Shown here piece by piece: positions 35,934 to 36,779 of a stretch of 36,779 nucleotides of DNA (positions within the stretch are counted from its first letter, which is position 1; every line of letters starts with the position of its first letter). Below the pieces are notes generated by a model that did no database searches, had not been told where the DNA came from, and was given only the letters and a program-made list of their open reading frames with translations. Made by a program: the position numbers and the translations under genes. The stretch comes from a virus. Lineage: Duplodnaviria; Caudoviricetes. The stretch is taken from the IMG/VR virus record IMGVR_UViG_3300037310_000595, positions 1 to 36,779 of that record; one strand, 5' to 3'.

Positions 35934-36186
35934 AGCGTGTGCCTTTCTTGTGGATAAAATCCTGCTCGTTAATCGGCTTGCCGGAGTAGAAAACGCCCCG
36001 GGAAATGCGCGGCACCTTCTCAACGTATTCAAGCCTCACCAGTCGTTCAAGGTAAAAGTTCACAACCGAAGTACTAGTCACCCCCGAACCTTCGCAAATC
36101 TCCCGCAAGGATGGGGGGATGCGCTTGTCCCAATTCACCAGCACGTCCAGTACGGCGCGAATGGCGGGTACTTTTGGGTCACTCAT
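35788..36186 (-). CDS. LexA-type DNA-binding domain protein lacking the peptidase domain (132 aa)
   Basis: PPSLREI..G.GVTSTSVV..YL..L....Y....P..SR is the LexA winged-helix signature. Confidence 0.75.
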   Translation of the reverse strand: MSDPKVPAIRAVLDVLVNWDKRIPPSLREICEGSGVTSTSVVNFYLERLVRLEYVEKVPRISRGVFYSGKPINEQDFIHKKGTRYAVIPQAKETKTGTPTHPVIHPGRRRSGERTGTALRIHDGRNRQPTAG

Positions 36187-36469
36187 CGGCCAGAACCTTT
36201 GTTCTATTTTTCGCAACTAAGTTAACAGCGATGAGTTTGTTTACCGGCGGGTCGCCAAAAAATGTCTTGGCTCCGTCCGCGTAAAGAACGGACACACTAT
36301 GAATATGTCGAACATCCGTAATGAATCCGTGGCGGTAGTGCTGCGGGTCTTTGCGCGGGTCGTAATCGGTCGGGCGCACGAATACGCCGCCGCCGTTCAC
36401 GTCCTGAATTTCCACGGTGCGGGTTTCCCGCCCGTCGTCGAATTTGCCTGTGATGGTCCTAATCTCCAT
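36179..36469 (-). CDS. Hypothetical protein (96 aa)
   Basis: TAATG coupling upstream; overlaps the next start. Confidence 0.65.
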   Translation of the reverse strand: MEIRTITGKFDDGRETRTVEIQDVNGGGVFVRPTDYDPRKDPQHYRHGFITDVRHIHSVSVLYADGAKTFFGDPPVNKLIAVNLVAKNRTKVLADE

Positions 36470-36566
36470 TACTGCCTGCCTTTGCTCTGGTGGATGGCGT
36501 ACATAAGGAGTGCGCCGAATGCGTACTGGTTGAATGTGCCTGCGGGTTTCAAAATGTGGGGGCGGT

Positions 36567-36779
36567 TCACTTCTTTTCCTCCTCCCTCTGGCATTTCTTC
36601 ATGTCCGCGTCGATCAACGACTGGACATATTTCGAGCGGTTCCAGCCGCTCCCGGGCTTCCGCAAGTTCAACACGGCGCACCGCGTTTGTACGTGGCGCT
36701 CTTGGGTGTCGGTCAGGCCGATGGTCTTGGTCGTAATCTTCTCGCCCGGGTATAGGGTTTCGCCTTGCTTCCGATTCAT
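36567..36779 (-). CDS. Small regulator, RHH-like (70 aa)
   Basis: TKTIGLT...NRSKYVQSLID pattern. Confidence 0.5.
   Translation of the reverse strand: MNRKQGETLYPGEKITTKTIGLTDTQERHVQTRCAVLNLRKPGSGWNRSKYVQSLIDADMKKCQREEEKK

Larger units (their letters stand above)
1..36779 (-). mobile_element. Tailed dsDNA phage/prophage segment, podovirus-like gene content
   Basis: Co-oriented TerS/TerL, portal, scaffold, capsid, GH25 lysin, holin, RecT and DnaD-domain genes. No tape measure, tube or sheath recognised. No integrase or prophage attachment junction in the window. Confidence 0.95.

Noticed and set aside
1-36779. Stop-codon reassignment, tRNA genes or a tyrosine recombinase
   Set aside because: Genes are full length under the standard code and use all three stops. 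No cloverleaf was noticed by eye, and no ORF carries the R-H-R-H-Y recombinase motif set.

Overview
The window is a ~36.8 kb section of a tailed dsDNA phage or prophage, with every credible gene on the minus strand. Reading in the direction of transcription (right to left), the modules are: (1) early regulation, recombination and replication genes (LexA-like HTH, RecT, Zn ribbon, RecU-like nuclease, DnaD-domain initiator with internal iterons); (2) a ~4 kb accessory region; (3) lysis (holins, GH25 endolysin); (4) TerS, TerL and portal; (5) putative ejection proteins, including a 3079-aa polyvalent protein; (6) a small nucleotide-enzyme operon; (7) scaffold, major capsid, adaptor, nozzle-like and fibre-like genes. 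No tape measure, tail tube or sheath is evident, which suggests a podovirus-like virion. The main finding is that the accessory region (26.3-30.35 kb) is organised as an integron gene-cassette array. It has an attI-like site, nine attC-like hairpins (seven intact, two decayed) with canonically placed extrahelical bases, and cassette ends carrying cassette-specific 8-11 bp complementary cores. No integron integrase is present in the window, so the phage may use a host IntI. The array also contains a second, non-canonical 'ATT-core' junction type. Separately, three promoters share a conserved leader motif followed by a terminator, implying an uncharacterised antitermination switch. Product calls come from motif recognition by eye; no database searches were run.
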